DNA of 57,927 nucleotides from Bacteroidia bacterium (GCA_016788185.1 JAEUTF010000058.1:1-57927), one strand, 5' to 3'. Shown: positions 30,773 through 41,196, numbered from the stretch's first letter. The notes: generated by a model not told the origin, from the sequence alone. Numbers and translations are program-made.

Positions 30773-32617
30773 CTATAGTTTCAGGAAGTCGGCATACAAT
30801 TTCTGCAGGTAGGCTTGTCCGTTCCTGACAGCTGAACTGTCGCTCCCCGGTTTAAGACTGGTGAAGGAAGGGAGAAAGCGCTTTTCTCCAAAAAGAAAGA
30901 CAAACTGTTCCTGGCCCATCTTCCACCCGAATCCATTGTCGTAATTCAGGAAAACCCCCCTGCTTTTATCAGGTGCCAACAGGTTTCTGCTAAAGGTGTA
31001 AGCCTCGGAGCTTAGCTTATACTGTGAAAGAAGGGTGGCGGCAAGGTCGTGCTGACTGCCCGCCTCCTGAATCATCGTACCACGGTAGCGCTGGTCCAGT
31101 GGCATCCCGTAAAAGAGCAGCGGGATGTGGTAGCATTCCGGATCGTAGTAATCCCGCCGTTCCGGCAGGGGGTGACCGTGATCGGCAACAAAAATAAACA
31201 AGGTATTGTTGTACCAGGATGTCTTCTTTGCCCTCCTGAAAAAGGAAGCCATACACCGGTCGGTGTAGCCGGCTGCACGCCTGAATTTGTCGGGTTCACT
31301 CATCTTAGCGTGGTGGATTTCTCCGGGTACCTCAAAGGGTTCGTGCGTACTCAGCGTGAGCGCCATTGAAAAGAAGGGCTCTTTTGTTTTGTTGAGGTCC
31401 GTAAGGAGTTTGTCAAAGAGGAATTCGTCATGGGCACCCCACTTGCTGTTCATCTGCCGGTCTTCAAAGTCATTTTTGCCGACAATTTGTTTGAATTTCG
31501 CCTCCAGCAAAAAGGTGTTCATATTGGCAAAACCAAGTTCTCCGCCATAATGAAAGGAGGTCTGATAACCCATTTCGTTAAAATCATGACTCAGCATGGG
31601 CAGCTTTCTGAGTTTATCTGTAAACCTCGACAGGCTATGGTTGGGTTGGGCAGGAAAGCCGCTGAGCAAGGAAGGAAACATCTGGTCCGTTCTTCTGCCG
31701 CTGGAATAAATCTGCGAGAAGAGGATTCCTGAATCACATAGCGCATTGAAAAATGGGGTTACATCCTTTCTCCCGTTTAAAGGGCCAATGATATCGGCCG
31801 TCCAGCTTTCAAGAACGATGAGTACAACATTGGGCCGGGCCGCCTGAAGGACTCGGAGTGATGTACTTTCTTTTCCACCGGATTCACCAAATCTTACTGC
31901 CATTTCTTCTTCCGGCATGAATACATAAGGATTCTTTTTACCCAGCCCGCTTTTGCTTACGTTGTTTAGGAGGTACCAGGCAGGGTTGGTAGCGGCATGA
32001 TTGAGTGGGCTTACCTCTGAGAAATAGGCTGAACTTTCATTGATGGGTATTTCCTGAAACCCGCCGCGCATACCAACGGGAAGCAATAAAAGAAACAGGG
32101 CCGGGAAAAGCAGGTCCTTTTTAGCAGTGAACCCGGCTTCGTCGACCCGGATAAAAATCCTGTAGGATCTGAGGGCAATCCAGAACAGCAGAAACAAACC
32201 CGATAGCTGTAAGATCAGCTGCATCGTGGTCAGTGAAGCGGTAATTCCTTCCGGATCCTGCAAAAAGCTCAATGCCCGGGCATTCAGAAGGGTGCCCCAT
32301 GCTTCATAGATCCCAAGATTGCCGAGCAATAAACTGATCGTCAATAACAGGAAAAGCTGGTTGATACCGTGTATCAGTTGAATCAGCCATTTTTTGTGCA
32401 GGAGCAGATACGCAAGCCAGAGCAAGGCGGGAATCGCAACCAGGTACGAGATGGCTGAGAGGTCAAGCCGAAAGCCGTATACAAAACACAGGGGCCACTG
32501 GCTGAGTTCATAGTGAGGGAAACTGATCGCCAGCAGAACCAGAAATCCTATCCTGGCAATGAAAAAAAGTGTCAGCCAAAAAATAATAAGTCGGGGAAGA
32601 AAGGTTCGGTTGCTCAT
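30773..32617 (-). CDS. LTA synthase family / sulfatase-like membrane protein
   Basis: About 5 N-terminal TM segments; PNVVLIVLES, RTD, TLSTHEPF and VADHGH motifs; own TACCTTTG box at 32631-32638. Confidence 0.85.
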   Translation of the reverse strand: MSNRTFLPRLIIFWLTLFFIARIGFLVLLAISFPHYELSQWPLCFVYGFRLDLSAISYLVAIPALLWLAYLLLHKKWLIQLIHGINQLFLLLTISLLLGNLGIYEAWGTLLNARALSFLQDPEGITASLTTMQLILQLSGLFLLFWIALRSYRIFIRVDEAGFTAKKDLLFPALFLLLLPVGMRGGFQEIPINESSAYFSEVSPLNHAATNPAWYLLNNVSKSGLGKKNPYVFMPEEEMAVRFGESGGKESTSLRVLQAARPNVVLIVLESWTADIIGPLNGRKDVTPFFNALCDSGILFSQIYSSGRRTDQMFPSLLSGFPAQPNHSLSRFTDKLRKLPMLSHDFNEMGYQTSFHYGGELGFANMNTFLLEAKFKQIVGKNDFEDRQMNSKWGAHDEFLFDKLLTDLNKTKEPFFSMALTLSTHEPFEVPGEIHHAKMSEPDKFRRAAGYTDRCMASFFRRAKKTSWYNNTLFIFVADHGHPLPERRDYYDPECYHIPLLFYGMPLDQRYRGTMIQEAGSQHDLAATLLSQYKLSSEAYTFSRNLLAPDKSRGVFLNYDNGFGWKMGQEQFVFLFGEKRFLPSFTSLKPGSDSSAVRNGQAYLQKLYADFLKL

Positions 32618-32650
32618 CGCCTCAGGCACACAAAGGTATAACGAATGCAA

Positions 32651-33364
32651 TTATGGAGTGGCAAAAAGTCCCGGTAGGGTTTCATGGTTTTGCCGGCTGC
32701 AAAAACCTGTAAAATCACAGGGATAAGGTTGGTTGCACTGCACTCCCATTTCAATGGCAGGGATGCGTGGTGCCGCCAGTGTTTTTTTCATTTCCCCCAG
32801 GTACATTTCAATGTTTTTGCATTGCATTTTGCAAAATTCAGTATAATCGCTGATCCTGAAAATGGAAGCAGCGGGAGCCTGATCATCGGTATCATGCAGG
32901 GGGGCCGACAAATGAATGAAGCCGGCCTTTCCGGGTATCATCCCGGTGCCGCATAAAACAAAATACTGAAGGGCGAGGTCCTCACAATACACCGGTGAAA
33001 TGTGTTCACTGCTTTTCACTTCATAAAGATGCCATTCGCCTTTATCCTTCACGAGGATGTCGCAATAGATCAGCGCACCTTGGTATAAAAAAGCGGCTTC
33101 GTAAATTGTGCTGACGCCTTCCCGGATCAGGGCCCGGGTTTCTTCAACACTTTTGGTGTACTGGAAAATGCTGGAAGGAGTGGCATCCACGCCTCCCGGA
33201 AACAATTCCCTGGCCCGGACTCCAAGGGAATGACCACGTTGAAACCTGGCTTTTCGCTCAGGGGAAAGGGGATCTCTTTTTTTGAAATGATATTTATAGA
33301 GATAAAGTGCTTTTAGGCATTGCCGGCCTTTGATGTATCCGGTTTTTGACAACCAGGCTTTCAT
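32651..33364 (-). CDS. solo Cas4-like PD-(D/E)XK nuclease (N-terminal part of DUF2779-type proteins)
   Basis: LSK......QC.K.LYL, IYEAAF, CDIL...YEVKSS, DLALQY and C-terminal CNQPYPCDFTGFC; ATG overlaps the folP TGA. Confidence 0.7.
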   Translation of the reverse strand: MKAWLSKTGYIKGRQCLKALYLYKYHFKKRDPLSPERKARFQRGHSLGVRARELFPGGVDATPSSIFQYTKSVEETRALIREGVSTIYEAAFLYQGALIYCDILVKDKGEWHLYEVKSSEHISPVYCEDLALQYFVLCGTGMIPGKAGFIHLSAPLHDTDDQAPAASIFRISDYTEFCKMQCKNIEMYLGEMKKTLAAPRIPAIEMGVQCNQPYPCDFTGFCSRQNHETLPGLFATP

Positions 33365-34245
33365 CCCCATTTCCGGAAAGATTGATACTGTTCCACCAGC
33401 CGGATGCATTCGGTGGCTTCTTTGGCATCGTGAACCCGAAGTATGTTGGCGCCTCCCAGCAAAGCCAGCGTGTTTAAAATACTGGTTCCGTTAAGAGCAT
33501 TTTCAGGTTTTATATGGAGTACCTTGTTGATCATCGATTTTCTGGAAAGTCCGGCCAGGATCGGGCAACCCAATACCTGGAAAACATTCAGATTTGCCAA
33601 TAGGGTAAAATTATGGCCGGTGGTTTTTCCAAATCCAAAGCCGGGATCTATAATAATGTCATGAATCCCAAGATTTCGCATGAAAGCCACCCTTTCCTGG
33701 AGAAAGGAGAGCACCTCCGGCACCACGTCCTCATACACGGGGTCTTTTTGCATGGTGGCCGGTACCCCCTGCATGTGCATCAAAATATAGGGCAGGCCTG
33801 TTTCTGCCACCGTGGAAGCCATCTGAGGGTCCAGAAGGCCTCCCGAAATATCGTTGATGATATGTGCTCCATGCTCGTATGCGGCCCGGACAAGGCTGCT
33901 TCTCCAGGTGTCGACGGAGATGAAAATGTCGGGAAATTTCCCGGAAATAAGTTTCAGGGCCGGAATAAGTCGCTCCATTTCCAGAGATTCCGGGATCATT
34001 TCGGCCCCGGGTCGGTAGGAAGCGGCTCCAATATCAATGATTTGCGCTCCACCCGTGATTAATTCTTCCGCTTTTTTCAGTATGCCGCTTTCTTCGGTAA
34101 ATTTGCCGCCGTCATAGAATGAATCAGGGCTGATATTCAGGATGCCCATCACAACGGGCTTGCTGAGGTCCAGAAGCCTGCCTCTGCAATTGAGCAGCTT
34201 CCCCGTCGGGTGAGGGGTAACAGGTGAAGAATCGTTCTGACTCAT
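33361..34245 (-). CDS. folP: dihydropteroate synthase
   Basis: MGILNISPDSFYDG, SVDTW, INDISG, DPGFGFGK, GLSRKS and LRVHD motifs. Confidence 0.95.
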   Translation of the reverse strand: MSQNDSSPVTPHPTGKLLNCRGRLLDLSKPVVMGILNISPDSFYDGGKFTEESGILKKAEELITGGAQIIDIGAASYRPGAEMIPESLEMERLIPALKLISGKFPDIFISVDTWRSSLVRAAYEHGAHIINDISGGLLDPQMASTVAETGLPYILMHMQGVPATMQKDPVYEDVVPEVLSFLQERVAFMRNLGIHDIIIDPGFGFGKTTGHNFTLLANLNVFQVLGCPILAGLSRKSMINKVLHIKPENALNGTSILNTLALLGGANILRVHDAKEATECIRLVEQYQSFRKWG

Positions 34246-34277
34246 AGAATTTTCATTTGTAAAATAAGAAATTGCGC

Positions 34278-34829
34278 ATGTCATCATTGACCTCTATACA
34301 GTACGACGAAGCCGTCGCCCGTTGCAAAGATATCTACCTGAAAAAAATGAAGGATTATGGCTCCGCATGGCGGATCCTGCGGCCGTCTTCGCTGACCGAC
34401 CAGATCTTCATCAAGGCACAAAGGATAAGGAGCATCGAGGAGAAGGGCCATCAGAAGGTGATGGAAGGGGTGGAAAGTGAGTTTGTCGGCATCGTGAACT
34501 ATGCGGTCATGGGACTGATTCAAATCGGACTCCATTCCGATGCACCCCTGGAATTAAGCCCGGAGGAGGCTTTGAAATATTACGAGTTGCATGTGGCCAA
34601 AGTGAAAGCGCTGATGATGGACAAGAACCATGATTACGGAGAAGCCTGGAGGGATATGCGGGTCAGTTCAATGACGGATCTGATCCTGATGAAACTTTTA
34701 AGAATAAAGCAGATTGAAGATAACAGCGGCACGACCCTCATCAGTGAAGGAGTGGATGCCAATTACGCCGACATCATCAACTACGCTATTTTCGCCCTTA
34801 TCAAACTGAAAGAACAACAAACTGTATAA
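34278..34829 (+). CDS. DUF1599 domain protein (two tandem domains)
   Basis: KMKDYGSAWR and KNHDYGEAWR halves; divergent from folP as is typical. Confidence 0.85.
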   Translation: MSSLTSIQYDEAVARCKDIYLKKMKDYGSAWRILRPSSLTDQIFIKAQRIRSIEEKGHQKVMEGVESEFVGIVNYAVMGLIQIGLHSDAPLELSPEEALKYYELHVAKVKALMMDKNHDYGEAWRDMRVSSMTDLILMKLLRIKQIEDNSGTTLISEGVDANYADIINYAIFALIKLKEQQTV

Positions 34830-34846
34830 AACGAACTGGTCTGCTT

Positions 34847-35983
34847 ATGAAATTCCTGGTTAATCTTTCCCGCCTCCTGGTTGGTGTGCTCTTTATTATT
34901 TCCGGCCTTATCAAAGCCAATGATCCGCTGGGATTCTCCTACAAACTGGATGAATACTTTACGGTTTTTCAGATGCCCTTCCTCAGCGAAGTTTCCCTGG
35001 CCCTGGCCATGATCATCTGCATCCTGGAGGTAGGTCTGGGTATCGCCACACTGGTAGGCTATCGGATGGTGTTGGTGAGTTGGCTGATGTTGCTGATGAT
35101 AGTTTTCTTCACATTCCTGACTTTTTATTCAGCCTATTTCGATGTAGTGAAGGATTGCGGATGTTTCGGAGATGCCTTAAAACTGAAGCCCTGGGAGTCC
35201 TTTAACAAGGACCTCGCGTTACTGGTATTCATACTCCTGATTTTCTTCCGGAGAAAAGAAATCAAGCCTTTCCCATCTGCTTCGGTTGCCGCCATGGTGT
35301 CAGTTGGGGGACTGGTCCTCACCACATGGTTTACCTGGCATTGTTATGCCCATTTACCGGTGAAGGATTTTCGTCCCTATGCCATCGGAAAAAACATCAA
35401 CGAAGGAATGCAACTCCCGGCCGGAGCGGTCAGCGACAGTGTGGTGATGGTCTTTATTTACAAAGACACGAAATCCGGTGCGCAGTTTGAAGTCGGACTG
35501 GATTCGGTTTCCTGGTTTTCCGGCGATTCAACCTTTCAGTTTGTGGACAGAATTGACAAACTGGTGCGTGAGGGCGATAAGGCTCCCATTCATGATTTCG
35601 CCATCCGTGACGCGGAAGACAATGACCTGGCCCAGGATTTCCTGAACAGGGATGATTATGTTTTTATGTTGGTAGCGTACGACCTTTCTAAATCCAATAC
35701 GCAGGTGCAGGAAACCGTAAATGCATTTGCAGGACTGTGCCAGAAGAATGATATCGAATTTTTCGGGCTTACTTCAACGATCCCTGCCGAAACCGATAAG
35801 TTCAGACACGAACACCAGAACATGTTCCCGTACTACTTCTGCGATGGAACCGCACTCAAAACCATTATCCGTTCCAATCCCGGACTTGTGCTGTTGAAGA
35901 AGGGAACGGTAGTGGATATGTGGCATTACAACGACTTTCCCTCCTTTGAAGAGGTGAACATGAAGTATCTGAAAAAAAAGTAA
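34847..35983 (+). CDS. BT_3928-like DoxX/MauE membrane protein with C-terminal thioredoxin-like domain
   Basis: SGLIKANDP, DCGCFGD and TIIRSNPGLVL motifs. Confidence 0.8.
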   Translation: MKFLVNLSRLLVGVLFIISGLIKANDPLGFSYKLDEYFTVFQMPFLSEVSLALAMIICILEVGLGIATLVGYRMVLVSWLMLLMIVFFTFLTFYSAYFDVVKDCGCFGDALKLKPWESFNKDLALLVFILLIFFRRKEIKPFPSASVAAMVSVGGLVLTTWFTWHCYAHLPVKDFRPYAIGKNINEGMQLPAGAVSDSVVMVFIYKDTKSGAQFEVGLDSVSWFSGDSTFQFVDRIDKLVREGDKAPIHDFAIRDAEDNDLAQDFLNRDDYVFMLVAYDLSKSNTQVQETVNAFAGLCQKNDIEFFGLTSTIPAETDKFRHEHQNMFPYYFCDGTALKTIIRSNPGLVLLKKGTVVDMWHYNDFPSFEEVNMKYLKKK

Positions 35984-36024
35984 GTTCCCCGCTGACGGAT
36001 TGGTCAAATCGATAATTTAGGGGA

Positions 36025-37098
36025 GTGCTTAAGCTTTTTCTTGATAAGGTTTTCTATGGATTGCTGGTGACGGCCGGCGTGGTGATGATTGTCTTTTTCC
36101 TCTTTACAATTTTACCCGGAGATCCCGCCCGGATGATATTGGGACAAAGGGCTGACCTGGTGTCTGTGGAGACCATCAACCGGGAACTGGGCCGTGATTT
36201 GCCGGTATCAAGCCAGTTCCTGCTCTATGTGAATGATCTTTCTCCACTGGCACTGCTGAATACCCGGGATTCATCGTCCAGGATTTTTGCCGATGCCTCC
36301 AAATATGGAAGCTTCATTCAGATCCTGGATACCGGGAGCAAGACGCTCGTGCTAAAGAAGCCCTACTTGAGGAGATCTTACCAGACACGCGACGATGTGA
36401 CCGCTGTTTTACTGGACGCCCTTCCCGGAACGGTGGTGCTCGCCGTAGCGGCGCTTGTTTTTGCCGCCTTTTTTGGAATTCTCCTTGGCACCTGGTCGGC
36501 CCTTCGCTATCAGCACTGGGATGACAACTTGAATTTGATAATCAGTGTCTTGGGGATGTCAGTGCCTTCCTTTTTTGCAGGCATCATCATGGCCTGGTTG
36601 TTTGGTTTTGTATGGAGAGACTGGACCGGCCTTGAAATGACCGGAAGTTTGTACGTGGTGGATCCGTTCGAGGGGATGAGTATTCAATGGAAAAATCTGA
36701 TCCTTCCGGCGATAACATTGGGTATCCGGCCACTTTCCGTCATCGTACAGCTTACGCGTTCCTCTATGCTGGAAGTGCTTGGACTCGATTATGTGAGAAC
36801 GGCAAGGGCGAAAGGACTTTCTCCCTTTGCAGTCGTTGTAAAGCATGCGTTGAGAAACGCTTTAAACCCGGTGCTGACCGCCATTTCGGGCTGGCTGGGT
36901 TCGCTGCTGGCCGGTGCGGTTTTCATCGAGTATATTTTTGGCTGGAAAGGGGTCGGAAAGGTGACGGTGGACGCGCTCGAACATTATGATTTCCCGGTTG
37001 TGATGGGCGCGGTGTTAATGGTATCTGTGTTCTTCGTGATCATTAATATTCTTGTCGATCTGCTTTACGCACGACTGGACCCACGTGTACGGGCATGA
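36025..37098 (+). CDS. ABC transporter permease, OppB/DppB type
   Basis: PGDPAR, DYVRTARAKGL and LYARLDPRV motifs; GTG start. Confidence 0.9.
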   Translation: MLKLFLDKVFYGLLVTAGVVMIVFFLFTILPGDPARMILGQRADLVSVETINRELGRDLPVSSQFLLYVNDLSPLALLNTRDSSSRIFADASKYGSFIQILDTGSKTLVLKKPYLRRSYQTRDDVTAVLLDALPGTVVLAVAALVFAAFFGILLGTWSALRYQHWDDNLNLIISVLGMSVPSFFAGIIMAWLFGFVWRDWTGLEMTGSLYVVDPFEGMSIQWKNLILPAITLGIRPLSVIVQLTRSSMLEVLGLDYVRTARAKGLSPFAVVVKHALRNALNPVLTAISGWLGSLLAGAVFIEYIFGWKGVGKVTVDALEHYDFPVVMGAVLMVSVFFVIINILVDLLYARLDPRVRA

Positions 37099-37339
37099 AG
37101 GGTTGATGGTACGCTTGCCAAAAGACTGATCCGATCGTTTAAAGACAATTTTTTTCAGTTTATCAGGTTTTTATTGCGTGCAGGCAGAGTGTGAAATTTG
37201 TTCATTTCAAACATGGAGGGTGATGATACGATGGCCGCTCTGTGTTATTAACAAGACTTTAACGAAAAATAGGGCATTTGTTCAGAAACTGTTCACGAAT
37301 ATTGGTATATACTTGCATCGTCTCAAATTCTATTAAATC

Positions 37340-38326
37340 ATGGTTGATATCAGGGAGATTAACGAAAAAATACAGCAGGAATCGGCTTTCATTGAATTGC
37401 TGAACATGGAGCTGGGAAAGGTGATCGTTGGGCAAAAGCATATGCTTGACCGGCTGCTGATTGGATTGCTTTCCAATGGCCATTTGCTGCTGGAAGGGGT
37501 GCCGGGTCTGGCGAAAACCCTGGCGATAAAATCTCTTTCTTCGGCTATTCACGCGAAGTTCAGCCGGCTTCAGTTTACGCCTGACTTGCTTCCGGCCGAC
37601 CTGGTAGGTACCATGATTTATAACCAGAAACAGGAACAGTTCACAGTCAGGAAAGGTCCTTTGTTTGCCAATTTTGTTTTGGCGGATGAAATCAACCGCG
37701 CACCGGCGAAAGTACAGAGTGCATTGCTCGAAGCCATGCAGGAGCGTCAGGTGACGATCGGAGATCAGACTTTCCCCCTGGAAGAACCCTTTCTGGTGCT
37801 GGCTACCCAAAACCCGATTGAGCAGGAGGGAACCTATCCTTTGCCGGAAGCCCAGTTGGATCGTTTCATGCTGAAAGTGGTGATTGGTTACCCGACCAAA
37901 GAGGATGAACGCATGATCATGCGACAGAATCTGGCCCAGGAATTTCCCAAAATAAATCCGGTATTGCATCCCGATACCATCGTGAAAGCCCGGGCCGCCG
38001 TTCGCGATGTTTACATGGATGAAAAAATCGAAAAGTACATTCTTGATATTGTTTTTGCCACCCGCTTCCCGAAGGAAAATAACCTCCGCAAGTTGGAGAA
38101 TCTGATCAGCTACGGCGGATCTCCCCGTGCAAGTATCAACCTGGCACTCGCCTCCAAGGCGTATGCATTTATCAAGCGAAGAGGGTATGTCATTCCGGAG
38201 GATGTTCGTGCCGTAAGTCATGATGTAATGAGACACCGGATCGGACTTTCCTACGAAGCCGAAGCGGAAAACATCACGACGGATGATGTCATCAGTGAGG
38301 TGTTGAATATCGTTGAAGTGCCTTAG
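37340..38326 (+). CDS. moxR: MoxR-family AAA+ ATPase
   Basis: GVPGLAKT, FTPDLLP, LADEINRAP, ATQNPIEQEGTY and LDRF motifs. Confidence 0.93.
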   Translation: MVDIREINEKIQQESAFIELLNMELGKVIVGQKHMLDRLLIGLLSNGHLLLEGVPGLAKTLAIKSLSSAIHAKFSRLQFTPDLLPADLVGTMIYNQKQEQFTVRKGPLFANFVLADEINRAPAKVQSALLEAMQERQVTIGDQTFPLEEPFLVLATQNPIEQEGTYPLPEAQLDRFMLKVVIGYPTKEDERMIMRQNLAQEFPKINPVLHPDTIVKARAAVRDVYMDEKIEKYILDIVFATRFPKENNLRKLENLISYGGSPRASINLALASKAYAFIKRRGYVIPEDVRAVSHDVMRHRIGLSYEAEAENITTDDVISEVLNIVEVP

Positions 38327-38345
38327 AGATCAACCTGCTCCGGCT

Positions 38346-39221
38346 ATGGAATCATCGGAATTACTTAAGCGTGTCAGAAAAATCGAGATAAAGACCCGGG
38401 GGCTTTCCTCTCAGGTTTTTTCGGGTGAATACCATTCTGCTTTCAAGGGAAGAGGGATGGCGTTCAGTGAGGTGCGTGAGTACATCCCCGGTGACGATAT
38501 ACGGAGCATCGACTGGAACGTAACAGCGCGTTTCAATCATCCGTATGTGAAGATTTTTGAAGAAGAACGGGAGCTAACCGTGATGATCCTGGTTGATGTA
38601 AGCGCTTCCGGCGACTTCGGAACAAATTTCCGGTTTAAACGTGATCTGATTACAGAACTCTCGGCCGTGCTGGCCTTTTCGGCCATTGAAAACAATGACA
38701 AAGCCGGCGTTATATTGTTTTCTGACAAAATCGAATTGTTTATTCCTCCCAAAAAGGGGAAAACACATATCCTCAGAATTATCCGTGAATTGATCAACAT
38801 TGAGCCGCAGGGAAAAGGTACAGACCTGAATGCCGCCTTGCGTTATTTCAATAACATGATCAAGAAACGCTGCATCGCCTTTGTGATTTCAGATTTTATG
38901 ACCAGCGGCTATGAAGATGCCATCAAGGTGGCTTCCCGTAAACACGATCTGGCGGCCATACGGGTATATGATCCCCGCGAAGCAGAAATGCCCGACATTG
39001 GTCTCGTGCGGTTTAAAGACGCTGAAACAGGGCTTGTCAGTACGCTGGATGCTTCTGATCTGTCCGTGCGAAGGGATTATCATCTCTGGTGGAAACAAAG
39101 CAATGCACAGACATCTGATTTGCTGAACCGTTGTGGTATTGATCATGCCATCTTTCGCACAGACCAGCCATATGTTCAGCCATTGTTGAACCTGTTTAAA
39201 AAACGGGAGCGAAGAGCATGA
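38346..39221 (+). CDS. DUF58 domain (VWA-like) protein
   Basis: FKGRGMAFSEVREY.PGDDIR.IDWNVTAR motif. Confidence 0.9.
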   Translation: MESSELLKRVRKIEIKTRGLSSQVFSGEYHSAFKGRGMAFSEVREYIPGDDIRSIDWNVTARFNHPYVKIFEEERELTVMILVDVSASGDFGTNFRFKRDLITELSAVLAFSAIENNDKAGVILFSDKIELFIPPKKGKTHILRIIRELINIEPQGKGTDLNAALRYFNNMIKKRCIAFVISDFMTSGYEDAIKVASRKHDLAAIRVYDPREAEMPDIGLVRFKDAETGLVSTLDASDLSVRRDYHLWWKQSNAQTSDLLNRCGIDHAIFRTDQPYVQPLLNLFKKRERRA

Positions 39222-40192
39222 GACCGCGGCTGATTTTAGGATTGTTCCTTGCCTTCCTGCTATCAAACTTCAACCTGAAGGCCCAGGAGGTCGTAGCCCG
39301 GCTTTCTGCTGACACCACCAAAATGCTGATTGGCCAGCCGCTAAGAATAGACTTGCAATTGAGTCAGGCAAGGTCAGTCGATGTCAGCTGGCCCATTATC
39401 ATTGATTCCATGGGTAGCTTTGAAATTCTGGAGATGCTTCCTGTGGATACTCTCCCGGTTGACGACCCGCAACTTCTGCTCCGTTCCCAGTCATTTGTAG
39501 TATCCGCATACGACTCGGGAGTGTTTACCATTCCCGAAATAACATTCCGGTATAAATTGCCGGGCCAGGATAAGTTACAGGAAGTGCTGACGGATCCGCT
39601 TTCCATCCAGGTGTTCACCGTTCCCGTTGATACAACAGCCGACATCCGTGATATTCGTCCGATCGAAGCTGCTCCATTTGATCCCAGATGGATTTTTTGG
39701 ATTATCCTGGGATACCATGCTTTACTCCTGATCACAGCTCTCGTGATCTGGTGGATACGCCGCCGAAAAATGGAACAGCCCGTACCACAAACCGGACCAG
39801 TGGTATTGACGCCACCGCATCTTACTGCCCTGGAGGCGCTCTCTGCATTGGAAGAGGAAAAAGTATGGCAGCAGGGACATATTAAATTATACTTTACAAG
39901 GTTGACAGATATCCTTCGTGTATACATGGATAAGCGGTGGATGGTAGGGGCCCTTGAACTGACCTCAGATGAAATTCTTGGACATGGTTTTCTCGCCACG
40001 GTAAACCCCGGGAACCGTGAAGAGTTAGAGCGCATCCTTCGTCTGGCTGATTTGGTGAAGTTCGCCAGGATGCAGGCGCTGGGAACAGAATGCGAGTGGG
40101 TCATGCAACTCGCCAGAAAGTTTGTGAAGGAAACCGCGCTCCTCGAACATCATCCCGAACCTGAAATGCATAAATTGAATGAACTGGACTGA
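39218..40192 (+). CDS. bat-operon conserved membrane protein
   Basis: Signal peptide, single TM segment, ADLVKFA motif; located between DUF58 and batA. Confidence 0.75.
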   Translation: MRPRLILGLFLAFLLSNFNLKAQEVVARLSADTTKMLIGQPLRIDLQLSQARSVDVSWPIIIDSMGSFEILEMLPVDTLPVDDPQLLLRSQSFVVSAYDSGVFTIPEITFRYKLPGQDKLQEVLTDPLSIQVFTVPVDTTADIRDIRPIEAAPFDPRWIFWIILGYHALLLITALVIWWIRRRKMEQPVPQTGPVVLTPPHLTALEALSALEEEKVWQQGHIKLYFTRLTDILRVYMDKRWMVGALELTSDEILGHGFLATVNPGNREELERILRLADLVKFARMQALGTECEWVMQLARKFVKETALLEHHPEPEMHKLNELD

Positions 40193-41186
40193 TTTCTCTG
40201 CCATGCACTTCCGGAATCCGGAATTACTCTGGTTGCTGCTGCTGGTACCGGTCATGATCCTGTATTTCCTGAAGGTAAAGAGGTACCGCCGTCCGCAAAT
40301 GCGAATCAGCAGTACCGAGGCTTTTCGTCATTACAGGCCGTCCTGGAAGCAGCGGCTGATCAACCTGCCCATTGTGTTACGGATCCTGGCCGTGGCATTC
40401 ATGGTGGTAGCGCTGGCAAGACCGCAATCTTCCTCCAAAGCTTCCAATGTAAAAACAGAAGGAATATCGATTGTAATTGCCCTCGATATTTCTTCCAGTA
40501 TGCTGGCTGAAGACTTCCGGCCCAACAGAATTGAGGCTGCAAAAAAAGTGGCGCTTGATTTTATCGACGGCCGTCCGAATGATCTGATCGGTCTTGTCAT
40601 CTTCAGTGGGCAAAGCTTTACGCAATGTCCGCTGACGTCTGATCATTCTGTTTTGCGGAATCTGCTGAAAGACATAAAATCGGGCATGCTGAAGGATGGA
40701 ACTGCCATTGGTGAAGGATTGGCAACGGCGGTCAGCAGGTTGAAAGACGCTTCAACAAAAAGTAAAGTCGTGGTGGTGATCACGGACGGGGTGAACAATG
40801 CCGGATCCATACCGCCGATGACCGCCGGAGAAATAGCCAGCACTTTTGGTGTAAGGGTGTATTCAATCGGCGTGGGTACAAGGGGAATGGCACCCTATCC
40901 CACCAAAACGCTATTTGGAATCCAGTACCAGAATATGGAAGTACAGATCGATGAAGAACTGCTGACCAAAGTGGCTGAGATCACCGATGGCAGATATTTC
41001 CGGGCGGTAAACAACAAAAGGCTGGAAGCCATCTTTAACGAAATAGACAAACTGGAAAAGTCAAAGATTGAGATTACGGAATTCAAACGGTATACAGAAG
41101 AATACCTGCCATTTGCTTTTTTGGCTTGTATGCTGCTCCTGCTGGAATTGACATTACGTTATACCTGGTTAAGAAGTATACCCTGA
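40179..41186 (+). CDS. batA: VWA-domain protein BatA
   Basis: N-terminal BatA TM region, LARPQ, DISSSM MIDAS motif, TDG. Confidence 0.85.
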   Translation: MNWTDFSAMHFRNPELLWLLLLVPVMILYFLKVKRYRRPQMRISSTEAFRHYRPSWKQRLINLPIVLRILAVAFMVVALARPQSSSKASNVKTEGISIVIALDISSSMLAEDFRPNRIEAAKKVALDFIDGRPNDLIGLVIFSGQSFTQCPLTSDHSVLRNLLKDIKSGMLKDGTAIGEGLATAVSRLKDASTKSKVVVVITDGVNNAGSIPPMTAGEIASTFGVRVYSIGVGTRGMAPYPTKTLFGIQYQNMEVQIDEELLTKVAEITDGRYFRAVNNKRLEAIFNEIDKLEKSKIEITEFKRYTEEYLPFAFLACMLLLLELTLRYTWLRSIP

Positions 41187-41196
41187 TACACTGCGC

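Noticed and set aside
34278-34829. DUF1599 as part of a DNA or nucleotide modification system
   Set aside because: It sits in the ordinary Bacteroidota folP/DUF1599/DoxX context with no modification enzymes nearby.
37259-38236. 325-aa minus-strand ORF and other long shadow ORFs (e.g. 8616-9293, 39364-40104, 44425-45060)
   Set aside because: Antisense or alternate-frame shadows of well-conserved genes (moxR, tamL, bat gene, dapD) with no motifs of their own.
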